Numbered from the stretch's first letter, positions 18,670 through 30,881 are shown. The stretch: 64,000 nt of DNA from Spirochaetia bacterium (GCA_963677595.1 OY782041.1:1184001-1248000), one strand, 5' to 3'. Made by a program: numbers and translations. Notes: a model not told the origin generated them from the letters alone.

Positions 18670-18822
18670 ATGGGAACACATGAGATCATCGGGGTCGTGA
18701 CGACTATCGTATCGGCGATCGTCATCATCATCCTTGCAGCCACCAGTATTTCACGGGTCAATCAGATAGACAGGAACAACTATTCGAACATCCGCCAGCT
18801 CTACAAGAGGTCCCCTAGATGA
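18670..18822 (+). CDS. Small single-pass membrane protein (50 aa), not in ORF track
   Basis: MGTHEIIGVVTTIVSAIVIIILAATSISRVNQIDRNNYSNIRQLYKRSPR*; purine-rich RBS; TGA overlaps the permease ATG (ATGA). Confidence 0.65.
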   Translation: MGTHEIIGVVTTIVSAIVIIILAATSISRVNQIDRNNYSNIRQLYKRSPR

Positions 18823-21086
18823 GCGGCCCGCAGCATGAGATCAAGACCGAGTTATCACGGGAACTGACCCTCTTCCAGCTGACCATGATGGGCCTCGGGA
18901 TGATGATCGGGGCAGGGGTGTTCCTCGGGATCGGGAATGCCATCTACCATTCCGGGCCTGGGGGTGTCATGCTCACCTTCGGCCTCAACGGGGTCCTTGC
19001 CCTCTTCACCGCCATGTCCTATGCCGAGCTCAGTTCGGCCATCCCGCGGGCAGGTGGCGCATTCAACTTCGCCCGGCTCGCATTCGGGAACGGGACGAGC
19101 TTCATCGCCGGATGGATGGAGTGGTTCGCCTCGAGCATCGCCGGCAGCATGTATGCCATCACCTTCTCCATCTACACCCTCCGGTATTTCGAGACCCTCG
19201 GCTGGCTTCCCCCAGAGGTCTCGGCACTCCTGACGAAACCGGTGGCAGTCGTCGTTGCCCTCCTCTTCCTCTATATCAACTTCAGGGGGGTGTCAGAGAC
19301 GGGGAAGATCGGGGCGATCATGACCCTCGGGCAGACCCTGTTCCTGGTCTTCATCGCAGCAGCCGGGGTGTTCGTCGCGATCAAGGACCCCTCCAGGCTG
19401 GCAAACTTCACCCCCTACCTCCCCAACGGGTGGGGTAAACTCCTGGTCACCATGGGCTTCACCTATGTGGCCTTCGAGGGCTATGAGGTCATAGCCCAGG
19501 CAGGGGATGAGGCAATCGAGCCGAGGAAGAACCTCCCGAAGGCGATGATCCTCTCAGTCACGATCGCGGCCCTCACCTACATCGGTGTCTCCTTCGCCGC
19601 CGTGGTCGCCATCAAGGCAGGCTCGGAGGGGATCGAGATCCCCTGGGTCTGGATCGGTTCGTTCGGGGAGAAGGGGTTCGGCGAGGCTGTCGCCCGCCTG
19701 ATCCCGGCAGGGAACATCCTGCTTACCATCGCCGTCATATTCGCCTCGACCTCGGCACTGAATTCCACGATCTTCTCTGCCACACGGGCCTCCTATGCCC
19801 TCGGCAGGGACCAGATGCTGCCTCCCTTCTTCGCGAAGATCTCGGCGAAGCGGAAGACTCCGGTCGGAGCCCTCGTCTGCACGGCAGGCATCATCATCGT
19901 CGTGGCGGCGTTCCTGCCGACCATGGATGTCGCATCCTCGGCAAGCATCATGTTCCTCTTCCTCTTCTTCCTCGTCAACCTCTGCGTGATCAGGGTCAGG
20001 AACAACATGGGAGATGAGTTGAAGTACGGGTTCATCACCCCGCTCTTCCCCCTCTTCCCGATCCTGGCGGTCATCATGCAGGCAGTACTTGCGGTCTGGC
20101 TGGTCCATATGAGCCTGATCGCCTGGATAGTAGGACCTGCATGGATCCTCGCAGGGATCGTCTTCTACCAGGTCTACGCGAAGCACCATATCACGCTCAC
20201 CGAGGATGACATACACGTCCTCTACGAGGAGACCCCGCCGCAGACCCAGGAGCGGCGCTTCATCGAGCGTATCATGATCCCGATCGCCAACCCGAACAAT
20301 GTCCCGAAGCTCGTGGACATGGCCCAGAAGCTGAGTTCCGATGAGGAGAATACTACCATCGAACTGCTCCATATGGTCTCCGTACCGGACCAGCTGGCAC
20401 TGGCTGAGGCAGACCGGTACATGGCTGACGGACAGGAGGGGCTGCTCGCGGCATCCCAGCTGCTGGAGAAGTTCGTGACCTCGTCAACCATCAGGTACTG
20501 CAGGAACATCGCACGGGGTATCATCTCCACAGCTAAGGAGAACCGGGCGACCATGATCGTCATGGGCTGGCACGGAAGGCACCAGAACAGCCTCTTCACC
20601 ATCGGGAGCACCCTCGACCCCGTCATCTGCCGGGCACCCTGCAACGTGATCATCACCAAGGATGATATCACGAAGCGGACCTATACGAAGATTCTCGTAC
20701 CGCTCTTCGGGAACGTCAATGACGCATTGGCCATGAAGACGGCTGAGTACCTCCTGCCGAAGGAGGGAGGGGTGATCACGGCCCTCTACTTCAATGCTGC
20801 CAGGATGCGGCCGGGTCATATCCACAACATCCTCCACAGGATCATTGACAACCCGGGCATCAGGATCGAGGAGCAAGCCTCGAACAGCAGGCACCGTGAG
20901 CAGGACAAGACGATCCTCGAGGCTACTGCCGGCCATGACCTGATGATCCTCGGCATCAAGGAACCGAGGATGCACCGGCTCGGGCGACCCTCATCCTCCG
21001 AGCGGATCGCACGGAGCTGCAGATCCCCCTTCCTCCTCGTGAAGGCGAACAACCCGATCAGGCGGCTGACGAAACGCTGGCTGTAG
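18819..21086 (+). CDS. APC-family amino acid permease fused to two universal-stress-protein domains
   Basis: GMMIGAGVF, YAELSSAIPRAGG, FEGYE, ~12 TM; C-terminal IMIPIANP...IVMGWHG...PCNV and ILVP...LMILG USP motifs. Confidence 0.9.
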   Translation: MSGPQHEIKTELSRELTLFQLTMMGLGMMIGAGVFLGIGNAIYHSGPGGVMLTFGLNGVLALFTAMSYAELSSAIPRAGGAFNFARLAFGNGTSFIAGWMEWFASSIAGSMYAITFSIYTLRYFETLGWLPPEVSALLTKPVAVVVALLFLYINFRGVSETGKIGAIMTLGQTLFLVFIAAAGVFVAIKDPSRLANFTPYLPNGWGKLLVTMGFTYVAFEGYEVIAQAGDEAIEPRKNLPKAMILSVTIAALTYIGVSFAAVVAIKAGSEGIEIPWVWIGSFGEKGFGEAVARLIPAGNILLTIAVIFASTSALNSTIFSATRASYALGRDQMLPPFFAKISAKRKTPVGALVCTAGIIIVVAAFLPTMDVASSASIMFLFLFFLVNLCVIRVRNNMGDELKYGFITPLFPLFPILAVIMQAVLAVWLVHMSLIAWIVGPAWILAGIVFYQVYAKHHITLTEDDIHVLYEETPPQTQERRFIERIMIPIANPNNVPKLVDMAQKLSSDEENTTIELLHMVSVPDQLALAEADRYMADGQEGLLAASQLLEKFVTSSTIRYCRNIARGIISTAKENRATMIVMGWHGRHQNSLFTIGSTLDPVICRAPCNVIITKDDITKRTYTKILVPLFGNVNDALAMKTAEYLLPKEGGVITALYFNAARMRPGHIHNILHRIIDNPGIRIEEQASNSRHREQDKTILEATAGHDLMILGIKEPRMHRLGRPSSSERIARSCRSPFLLVKANNPIRRLTKRWL

Positions 21087-21108
21087 CTGTATGGCACTGG
21101 ATAAACCA

Positions 21109-21140
21109 AGGGGTCGACTCATACCAGTCGACCCCTCTTT
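21109..21140. terminator. Hairpin terminator between convergent genes
   Basis: AGGGGTCGACT-catacc-AGTCGACCCCT followed by CTTT. Confidence 0.75.
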
Positions 21141-21160
21141 GATCTCTATTACTTTCCTTA

Positions 21161-21769
21161 TTACCTGTTCAGCATGATCTTGACACCCACCTCATCAGTG
21201 AGGAATGCGATCTGGCTCATCCGGTCGGCATCGGCCTGCCCTGCTGAGAAATCAGCATAGGGTCCGGTGAGGACCTCGAAGGAACCACCCTCCTCGACCA
21301 CCTCGGTGGTGATCTCAAGCTCCTGCAGCTGTGAAGAGAGGGCATCGGCAGCTGCCTGGGAGTCCTCGGTTCCCAACAGGACCCAGTAGAAAGCATCCGG
21401 TTGGGCAGCACCAGCTTCTGGTTGGGCAGCCGGTTCCGGCTCCGGTGCCGGCGCTGGTTCCGGCCCTGCAGCAGTCGTACTCGAAGCGGCGGGCTTCACG
21501 ACTTCCGCAGGTTTCGCGGTCTCCGCGACCGCAGGTGTTTCTTCAGCCGCAGTGTCATCGCCCGGAGGCTCGGCAGCCTCTGTTCCATCAGGTACAGCTG
21601 GTGCGGCAGCAGCTGCCGCGGGGGTCTCAATCGGTTCGTCCGCTGCCTGGACAGCAGAGGCCTGCCGGTCTCCCATCATCTCCAGGTAGGCGATAGCACC
21701 GCCGGAGAGGACAGCGAACAGCAGGGTGAGGACGAACAGGAACCAAAGGAATTTACTTCTCGCCATCAT
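21161..21769 (-). CDS. SPOR-domain membrane-anchored protein with Ala/Pro/Glu linker
   Basis: N-terminal TM, low-complexity linker, C-terminal YWVLLG...FEVLTGPY...A SPOR-like domain; downstream of polA-coaE. Confidence 0.7.
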   Translation of the reverse strand: MMARSKFLWFLFVLTLLFAVLSGGAIAYLEMMGDRQASAVQAADEPIETPAAAAAAPAVPDGTEAAEPPGDDTAAEETPAVAETAKPAEVVKPAASSTTAAGPEPAPAPEPEPAAQPEAGAAQPDAFYWVLLGTEDSQAAADALSSQLQELEITTEVVEEGGSFEVLTGPYADFSAGQADADRMSQIAFLTDEVGVKIMLNR

Positions 21770-22377
21770 CAATCTCCTAGCTCAATTCCCCGATCCCGGT
21801 AGAAAGCCGCTAACTGTCTCCTCAGGATCGAGTCTCCATGATTGTTCATTATAACATACAAAGGCTTCCCGTCGAAAAAGTATTTGGGGGCGATACTCCG
21901 CTGGACCCTGTTCCTCCGTATGAAATCAAGGACCGGCATACCCCTGGAACTCGTAGCCCTGATGAACCTGATGAGAGTCGATGCCTGTACATAGAGGACT
22001 GCGTCACAGGCAAGGTTGAGGCGCATCTTATGCAGGATAGCAGCATTGAGCACCGTTCCCATCGGGTAGCGGTCCGTGTCGCGGCCCTCGATCAGTTCAT
22101 GGCACATCCGCACCATCTCCGGGTGGAGCACCGATTCCAGGAATGCCAGGTTGGCAGGGTCGTTGAAGACCCGTTCGGCGAGCTTCCTCCTGCTGATCCT
22201 CCCGCCGGGCTCCTTGCGGATTCCCTCCCCGAAGAACTCCAGCAGGGGTTCACTCGCATGCTTGAGCGCAGCATGGCCGAGGTGGTCCACATCGATCACA
22301 TCCCAGCCCTGCTGCGACATGATCCCGCCTACCCGGTTCTTCCCCGTGCAGAACTTGCCAGTCAGCCCTACGATCAT
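21769..22377 (-). CDS. coaE: Dephospho-CoA kinase
   Basis: MIVGLTGKFCTGK, IDVDHLGH, LESVLHP; follows polA. Confidence 0.88.
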   Translation of the reverse strand: MIVGLTGKFCTGKNRVGGIMSQQGWDVIDVDHLGHAALKHASEPLLEFFGEGIRKEPGGRISRRKLAERVFNDPANLAFLESVLHPEMVRMCHELIEGRDTDRYPMGTVLNAAILHKMRLNLACDAVLYVQASTLIRFIRATSSRGMPVLDFIRRNRVQRSIAPKYFFDGKPLYVIMNNHGDSILRRQLAAFYRDRGIELGD

Positions 22378-25091
22378 CAGTGCATGTCTCCCCAGCTCTC
22401 CCCGAACTCAATGCTGACCCGCAGCGGGACAGAGAGGGTCATGACCTGCTCCATACAGCCCCTCACCAGCTTCTCCATGAGCTCCGTCTCCTCTTCGGGG
22501 ACCTCGAAGATCAATTCATCATGCACCTGCAGGATCATCCTCGAACGGACTCCCTGCCCCTTCATCTCCCTGCTCACAGCGATCATGGCGCTCTTCATGA
22601 TGTCAGCAGCAGTACCCTGGATGGGGGTGTTCACCGCGATCCGCTCCGCCCCGGCCTTCTCGGTCCTGTTCCTGCTCCTGATCCCGGGGATCGCCCGCTC
22701 ATGGCCGCTCAGCGTCTTCACGACCCCGGTTGCCTCGGCATCCTCGACGACCCGTTCCATGAACTTCCTGATACCGGAATACCGGGAGAAGTAGGCCTTG
22801 ATGAACTCATCCGCCTGCTTCCTCGGGATGTCGAGCTCCCGTGAGAGGCGGAAGGCCGACATGCCGTACATGACCCCGAAGTTGATCGTCTTCGCGATCC
22901 TCCGCTGCTCATCAGTCACCTCCTGTGAGGGCACATCGAAGATGAGGGACCCGGTATACCGGTGTACATCGGTGCCTGAACGGAAGGCCTCCTTGAGACC
23001 GGCATCATCAGCAAAATGGGCGAGCACCACCAGTTCGATCTGGGAGTAGTCCGCGGACATGAACCGGTACCCCTCGGAGGGGATGAAGGCTGAACGGATC
23101 CGCCGGCCGTCCTCGCTCCTGATCGGGATGTTCTGCAGGTTCGGGTTCTTGCTCGACAGCCTGCCGGTCGCCGTGCCCGTCTGGACGAGGCTGGTGTGGA
23201 TCCTCTTCGTGCGGGGGTCGATCATGGTCGGGAGGGAGTCGACATAGGTGTTCTTCAGCTTCACGAGACCCCGGTGCTCCAGGATCCAGGAGGGCACCAC
23301 ATCGACCTTGGCCAGCTCCTCCAGCACCGAGGTGTCGGTAGAGTACCCGGTCTTCGTCTTCTTGATCGGGGTAAGCCCCCGCTCATCGAAGAGGATCGCC
23401 TGCAGCTGCTTGGGGGAGTTCATGTTGAAGGTCTTCCCGCACTCCTCGAACACGAGCTGCTCGATGGAACGGATCCGCTCTTCGAGCTCCTTCCCGAAGG
23501 TACTCAGGTTCTCAGGCAGCAGGTACATCCCCTGGAACTCCATATCGGCGATGATGCGCAGCAGCGGCATCTCCATGGAGAAGAAGAGCCCGTCGAGTCC
23601 CCGTGCTCGGAGGGCCTCCGAGAGCACCACATAGAGCCGGTAGGTGATGTCGGCATCCTCAGCGGCGTACTCCGACGCGGTCGAGAGGTCGATCTCCGGG
23701 AAGAGGGAGCCCTTCGGCACGATATCGGAGAACTTGGTGGTCTTGTAGCCGAGATAGGCCTCGGCAAGTCGGTCCATGTTGTAGGTGTTCGCACTCGAGT
23801 CGAGCATCCAGGCGGCGATCATCGTATCGAAGTAGAGGTTGGCGATCTCGATACCCCACCGCCGGAGCACGGTGAAGTCATACTTGATGTTCTGCCCGAT
23901 CACCTGCACCGCAGGATCCTCTAAGAGTGGCCGCAGCATGGCCTTGACCTCATCAGCATCAAGGATCTCCTTACTTCCTGCGACCAGCGGGATGTACCAG
24001 GCTTCCTTCTCGGCATAGCTGACGGAGAACCCCACCGGGACGGCAACCATCGAGTCGATGTCATCCGTCTCGATATCGAAGGCGACCAGCCGGCTGTCCC
24101 GGGCCTTCATGAGCACCTTCCTGAGGGTATCGCTGTCGGTGACCGTCTGAAGCTTCCCCTCACCTGAGAGGGATCGCTTCGCAGTCTCCTTGGTCCGGTC
24201 GGTCGCTCCGACCTCCCCGCGGTCCCCGCCGGCCAGGGTCACCAGGGCCTTGGACCCGATCTTCTGGAAGTGCGGGATCATCTTCGTGTAGTCGCACTGG
24301 GAAGCCAGGAGGTCCTCGATCCCATACTCGATCTCCGCTTCATCATCGAGGACGACCAGCCGCTTGCTCAGCAGCGCAGTCTCGTGATGCTCGAGCAGTT
24401 TCTTCCTGACCGAGGGAGAGGTCTCCCCGACATGCTCATAGACACCCTCCAGGGTCCCATAGGCAGTGAGCAGCTTGACGGCCCCCTTCGGCCCGATACC
24501 CCTGACTCCCGGCACATTGTCCGAGCTGTCCCCGATGAGGGAGAGGTAGTCCACGATCTGTTCAGGCCAGATCCCGAACTCCTCGAACACGGTATCCCGG
24601 TCATACGGGGCCATCTCCCCCTTCTTCGGGCGGATCGCTGAGATACTCCCACCCACGAGCTGCAGCAGGTCCTTGTCGCTGGAGACGATGACGCTGTGCA
24701 GCTGCCGGCGTTCTGCCTTCCGCGCGATCGTGGCAATCAGGTCATCCGCCTCGAACCCGTTCTTCCGGAGGACGGGGACGCCCGCGGCGAGGAGGATCTC
24801 CTCGATCATGGGTATCTGGGCCCGCAGGTCGTCAGGGGTCTTCTCCCGGTTCGCCTTGTACTCACCGTAGAGCTCATGGCGAAAGGTCGGTCCGATCGAG
24901 TCCATCGTCACCACCAGGTGTGACGGCTGCTCGTTCTTTAAGATCGAGAAGAACATCCGGAAGAACCCGAACACTGCGGAGATGTTCTCCCCGTCCTTGT
25001 TCGTCATCGGCCGGTTCATGAAGGCGAAGTATGCCCGGTAGATGAGGCCGTAGCCGTCCATGATCAGTACGCGTTTCTCAGAATCCATCAT
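22377..25091 (-). CDS. polA: DNA polymerase I
   Basis: 5'-3' exonuclease DGYGLIYRAY/EADD/GDSSDNVPGV; 3'-5' exonuclease FDIET; polymerase motifs DYSQIEL, AKTINFG, QVHDE. Confidence 0.98.
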   Translation of the reverse strand: MMDSEKRVLIMDGYGLIYRAYFAFMNRPMTNKDGENISAVFGFFRMFFSILKNEQPSHLVVTMDSIGPTFRHELYGEYKANREKTPDDLRAQIPMIEEILLAAGVPVLRKNGFEADDLIATIARKAERRQLHSVIVSSDKDLLQLVGGSISAIRPKKGEMAPYDRDTVFEEFGIWPEQIVDYLSLIGDSSDNVPGVRGIGPKGAVKLLTAYGTLEGVYEHVGETSPSVRKKLLEHHETALLSKRLVVLDDEAEIEYGIEDLLASQCDYTKMIPHFQKIGSKALVTLAGGDRGEVGATDRTKETAKRSLSGEGKLQTVTDSDTLRKVLMKARDSRLVAFDIETDDIDSMVAVPVGFSVSYAEKEAWYIPLVAGSKEILDADEVKAMLRPLLEDPAVQVIGQNIKYDFTVLRRWGIEIANLYFDTMIAAWMLDSSANTYNMDRLAEAYLGYKTTKFSDIVPKGSLFPEIDLSTASEYAAEDADITYRLYVVLSEALRARGLDGLFFSMEMPLLRIIADMEFQGMYLLPENLSTFGKELEERIRSIEQLVFEECGKTFNMNSPKQLQAILFDERGLTPIKKTKTGYSTDTSVLEELAKVDVVPSWILEHRGLVKLKNTYVDSLPTMIDPRTKRIHTSLVQTGTATGRLSSKNPNLQNIPIRSEDGRRIRSAFIPSEGYRFMSADYSQIELVVLAHFADDAGLKEAFRSGTDVHRYTGSLIFDVPSQEVTDEQRRIAKTINFGVMYGMSAFRLSRELDIPRKQADEFIKAYFSRYSGIRKFMERVVEDAEATGVVKTLSGHERAIPGIRSRNRTEKAGAERIAVNTPIQGTAADIMKSAMIAVSREMKGQGVRSRMILQVHDELIFEVPEEETELMEKLVRGCMEQVMTLSVPLRVSIEFGESWGDMH

Positions 25092-25855
25092 TCCTCCCAG
25101 GGTATTTCGATATGCATGCCGTCGTAAGCCGGGGAGATCCCTTCGGGAAGCTCCCGCTCAAGCGCTGCATGTTCCAGGTTGTGGCACATATGGGTCAGGT
25201 ACGCCCCTCCCGGGGCGATCCTCCGTATGGCACCCACCGCCTCCCTCACCGAGTAGTGGGTCGGGTGCGGTTCATGCCTGAGTGCCCCGATGATCAGCAC
25301 ATCGAGGCCGGCAAGCAGCGGGTAACTCGATTCCGGGATACCGCTGCAGTCGGTCAGGTAGGCGAAGCTGCCGAACCGGTACCCGTAGATGAGCCTCTTC
25401 CCGTGGTAGATGGGTACGGGGATGATCGGCAGCCCGTCGATGACGATCCCCTCATCACCGAGTGTCCGGAGGTCAAGCGAGGGGACCCCTCCGCCGGGGA
25501 TCTCCGATGCGAAGATGTAGGAGAACCGGGTGCGGATCTGCCCCAGCACGTCCTCAGCCCCGTAGACCGGCAGGGGCTCATCCCGGGAGAAGACCCGCAG
25601 GTCATCGATCCCGAAGAGGTGGTCAGCATGGTCGTGGGTGTAGAAGACCGCATCGAGCGATGTGACCGCCTCCCGGATCGCCTGGAGCCTGAACTCCTGC
25701 CCGGTATCGACGACGAATCGGTGATCTCCGTGCTCGATCATGACCGAGGACCGGGTCCTCGTGTTCCTCGGGTCTGCAGAGGTGCAGACCGAACATCGGC
25801 AGCCGATGACCGGGATACCGTGCGACGTCCCCGTTCCCAGGCAGGTCACTCTCAT
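25088..25855 (-). CDS. MBL-fold metallo-hydrolase (PhnP-like)
   Basis: LGTGTSHGIPVIGCRCSVC, THDHADH, AYLTD, HPTH, THMCH. Confidence 0.9.
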   Translation of the reverse strand: MRVTCLGTGTSHGIPVIGCRCSVCTSADPRNTRTRSSVMIEHGDHRFVVDTGQEFRLQAIREAVTSLDAVFYTHDHADHLFGIDDLRVFSRDEPLPVYGAEDVLGQIRTRFSYIFASEIPGGGVPSLDLRTLGDEGIVIDGLPIIPVPIYHGKRLIYGYRFGSFAYLTDCSGIPESSYPLLAGLDVLIIGALRHEPHPTHYSVREAVGAIRRIAPGGAYLTHMCHNLEHAALERELPEGISPAYDGMHIEIPWEE

Positions 25856-25857
25856 GG

Positions 25858-26364
25858 CTATTGGCTGACCAGGTCCTTGAGGACAGTCTCGAGCCCGTCG
25901 AAACCGCTCTGGAGATACTGCCTGATGATGCTCATGGCATCCTCGAAATCGACATCGGTCATGACGGTATGGAGTTGGTTCTTCAGGATGTTCGTATCGA
26001 GTTCCCCGAAGTCGACGGTCCCCTCAAGGGTATCGACGAAGGCCTCGACGGCGTTCGCCCCGGACTTGATCGCCTGGCTCGAGGCCTCGATCAGATCCTC
26101 TTTGCTGATCTGGTTGAGCACGTACTCGATCTCGTCGGCTGTGGCCCCGGACCGCTCATAGCTGTTCTTAATATTGTAGAGGAGCTCGTTCAGCCGCTCT
26201 TCCTGCTCGGCCTTGCTCATTGTATAGTTCGTGGTGTCCCAGCTGATGGTGAAGAGTCTCTCAGACAGCTCAGGCATGAAGAAATAGATGAAGCTCACGA
26301 TCACCACGGCTATAGTGAGAAGTGTGACAAATTTCGCAAACAGCGTAGTTCTCTTCTTCGCCAT
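25858..26364 (-). CDS. Hypothetical membrane-anchored helical protein
   Basis: Basic N-terminus, one TM helix, acidic helical body; AAGGAG RBS; 2 nt from the next gene. Confidence 0.7.
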   Translation of the reverse strand: MAKKRTTLFAKFVTLLTIAVVIVSFIYFFMPELSERLFTISWDTTNYTMSKAEQEERLNELLYNIKNSYERSGATADEIEYVLNQISKEDLIEASSQAIKSGANAVEAFVDTLEGTVDFGELDTNILKNQLHTVMTDVDFEDAMSIIRQYLQSGFDGLETVLKDLVSQ

Positions 26365-26406
26365 ACGTACTCCTTGTGCTCAGAATACTCATAATTCAGG
26401 CGGAGT

Positions 26407-27315
26407 TCAACAGTATGCGGTACGTATCGCCATCAACACGGAATAATACCTGGTGATCTCAGGATCCGACCTGGAATTGAGTACGATCGGGGCTTTCAAG
26501 CCCACGAGGATACCGGCAGACCGAGTCCCGGGGGTGAAGGAGAAAAGCTTCAGGACCGCATTGGCAGCATCCAGGCTGGGACAGACGAGGAGGTCGGCAT
26601 CACCTGCGACCCTCGAATCCATCCCCTTGATCTTCGCAGCCTCTTCCGACAGCGCGATATCGATGGCCATCGGCCCTTCGACCACCGCATCGGAGAAGAG
26701 TCCCGTCTCCCGGTGCTCGGCAGTGATGGAGGCTGCATCGACGGTGGAGAGGATCTTCTCGCTGACCGTCTCCACCGGGGTGATGAGGGCGATCTTTGGG
26801 GTCTTGAGCCCCAGTCTCCGCATGACCTGGAGGCTGTTGCTGATGATGACCTTCTTCTTCCCTGCATCCGGGTAGATGTTCACCGCGGCATCGGTGATGA
26901 AGAGGGGCTTCCGCATGTAGGGGACCTCGAAGAGCCCGAGATGGCTGAGCAGCACACCGGGTTCGATCAGGCCGGCTTCCTTATTCAGGATCGCCCTGGC
27001 GAACTCGGAGGTATGGACGAGCCCCTTCATGAGGATATGGGCCCTGCCTGAAGCCACGGCAGCGACTGCCTGGTCGCAGGCTTCCTGGTGGTCGGGGCAA
27101 TGGAAGATGCAGTCGGGATCTGCCCACAGGCCGACGAGCCTGCAAAGACGGAGGATACGCTCCCGGTCACCGAAGAGCAGCGGCTTGATCTTCCTGACCC
27201 GGTTCGCATGCCGTATCGCATCGAGGGTAGCCTCGTGGTCGGCACCGGCCACCGCAATCGAGAAACTCTCGCCCTTGATCCCCTTGATATCGATCAGGTC
27301 ATCGAATGCACTCAT
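26407..27315 (-). CDS. ptb: Phosphate butyryl/acyltransferase
   Basis: IAVAGA, ILMKGLVHT, ITDAAVN.YPD, VEGPMAIDIA, SRVAGDAD, PIVLNSRSD; ATG 27315 with AGGAG. Confidence 0.88.
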   Translation of the reverse strand: MSAFDDLIDIKGIKGESFSIAVAGADHEATLDAIRHANRVRKIKPLLFGDRERILRLCRLVGLWADPDCIFHCPDHQEACDQAVAAVASGRAHILMKGLVHTSEFARAILNKEAGLIEPGVLLSHLGLFEVPYMRKPLFITDAAVNIYPDAGKKKVIISNSLQVMRRLGLKTPKIALITPVETVSEKILSTVDAASITAEHRETGLFSDAVVEGPMAIDIALSEEAAKIKGMDSRVAGDADLLVCPSLDAANAVLKLFSFTPGTRSAGILVGLKAPIVLNSRSDPEITRYYSVLMAIRTAYC

Positions 27316-28383
27316 AACTCCTTGCCTCCCGTTCTCCGTTATAGACTGCCAGGGCATTCTCTGCAAGGGAGAACATCTCACGCTCCCCGGGAATGACATG
27401 GACCGGGGCGATGAACGAGACCCTTGCCTTGAGCTGCTCCACGATGAGGTCGCTGTGCGCCAGCCCCCCGGTAAGGACCACGGCATCCACATCACCGAGC
27501 AGGACTGCCGCGAGGGAGCTGATCTCCTTCGAGACCTGGTAGATCATGGCACGCAGGTAGAATGCGGAATCCCCATCCCCGGTGAGGGCATGCTCACAGA
27601 TTGCCCTCACATCACTCGTCCCGAGGTAGGCAGCCAGCCCGCCGTTCCCGCAGATGCGCTTCTGCAGCCCCTCAGAGGAGAAGGTGCCGGATAGGGCAAG
27701 CCTGACCAGGTCGCCTGCCGGCAGAGTCCCCGACCGCTCCGGGCTGAACGGGCCCTCCCCGTCGAGTGCGTTGTTCACGTCAATGATCCTGCCGTCCTCA
27801 TGGGCCCCTATCGAGATGCCGCCCCCGAGGTGGGCCACGATGAGCCGTGAGGAGCCATAGGGCTTGCCGAGCTCCCTGCAGACCTCCCGTGCGGCGATCT
27901 TCTGGTTCAATGCATGGAAGATGCTCCGGCGTTCGATCTCCGGTATCCCCGAGACCCTCGCCTCGCCGATCAGTTCATCCACCACGACCGGGTCGGCGAT
28001 GTATGCCCTGCAGCCGGCCATGCCGGCTGCCCTGTGAGCCAGGGGTGCTCCCAGGTTGCTGGAATGCTCCCCGTACCGGGCGTTCGCGAGGTCAGTGAGC
28101 ATGTCTTCCGTGATGTTGTAGACCCCGCCGGCCACGGGGTGAAGCAGGCCTCCCCGCCCCATGATGATGGAGAACCCGTTGATGGGGTAGCCAGCCTCCC
28201 CGAGCCACTCCTGCAGCAGGGAGAACCGGTAGTCGAGCTGGGCGTGGACGGTGGGGAAGGCGGAGAGCTCATCCCGGTCATGTTCGATGACACGGGAGGT
28301 CCTCTCCTCCAGCCCCTCATACACTGCGATCTTGGTGGTTGTGGACCCCGGATTGATCACCAGGGTCAACGGTTCCTGTGGCA

Positions 28384-28387
<4 letters not shown>
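27299..28387 (-). CDS. buk: Butyrate (branched-chain acid) kinase
   Basis: LVINPGSTTTKIAVY, GRGGLL, HSSNLG, ADPVVVDE, HALNQK, HLGGGIS, GEGPFSPERSG. Confidence 0.95.
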
Positions 28388-29816
<1,429 letters not shown>

Positions 29817-29820
<4 letters not shown>

Positions 29821-30881
29821 CTTGCACCTCCTGCCTGCAGGTCGTCCTGGACCTTGCCCACGATCTCCTCGACCGTCGGGACGACCCCGCCAAGCCAGCA
29901 GTACCGCAGCAATCTCTGGGAATCCTCGATCGCGAGCTGGATGTCATCAGCCATCATCCCCTCGTTCATCTCCACGGAGATGAACCTGCGTGAAGCATCA
30001 GCTGCCAGTTCAGCCAGCCGTCGGGACGGGAAGGGATAGAGGGTCTTCGGCCTGAAAAGACCGGCCTTGATCCCCTGTTTCCTGAGCCGGTTCACGGCAC
30101 TCATGCTGATCCTCGAGCAGATCCCGAATGCCACGAGGATGACTTCAGCATCCTCTACCGAGAACTCCTCATACTCGACGCAGGTCTCCTTGATCTCCCG
30201 GTATTTACTCTGGAGCTTCTCGTTGTGCTCCTGCTGGAGCTTCGAGTCCATGAGGATTGAGGAGATCAGGTTCTCCCGGCTCTCGGCATCCCCGTACACG
30301 GCCCAGTCATGCCGCTCCCCGACCGTGACTTCCCCCTTGATGTCGATGGCTTCCATCATCTGTCCGACATAGGCATCACTGAGGATGATGACGGTGATCC
30401 GGAACCGGTCTGCCAGGTCGAATGCCTTCCTGGTGAACTCATACATCTCAAGGGCGGAGTTCGGTGCCAGAACGATGGAGTGGTAGTTCCCGTGACCGCC
30501 GCCCTTGACCACCATGTTGTAGTCGCTCTGCTCGGGCCAGATGTTCCCCAGCCCGGGACCTGCACGCTGCACATCTACCACGACACAGGGGAGTTCAGCA
30601 CCGGCGATGTAGGAGAGCCCCTCCCCCATGAGGGAGATCCCGGGACCGGAAGAGGCGGTCATCACCCGTGCACCGGCCGAGGCGGCCCCGTAGAGCATAT
30701 TGATCGCACTGACCTCAGACTCTGCCTGCAGGAAGACCCTGCCGGAACCGGTGAAGTACTGGGCCGCAGCATGGGCGACCTCGCTTGCCGGGGTGATCGG
30801 GTACCCGAAGAAATGGGTAGCCCCGCCCATGAGTGCCCCGTGAATGATAGCTTCATTACCCTTCATCAGCTGCTTGCTCAT
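29817..30881 (-). CDS. vorB: 2-oxoisovalerate:ferredoxin oxidoreductase alpha subunit
   Basis: LMKGNEA, GYPITP, QAESE, TASSGPG, RAGPGLGNI, GGGHG. Confidence 0.88.

Noticed and set aside
26407-27495. Extended ORF-track N-termini (ptb, MATE, alkD, yqaA, ankyrin, epmA, slyX) as fusions or frameshifts
   Set aside because: Internal starts with RBS or -10 signals give normal-length proteins; the extensions overlap neighbouring genes
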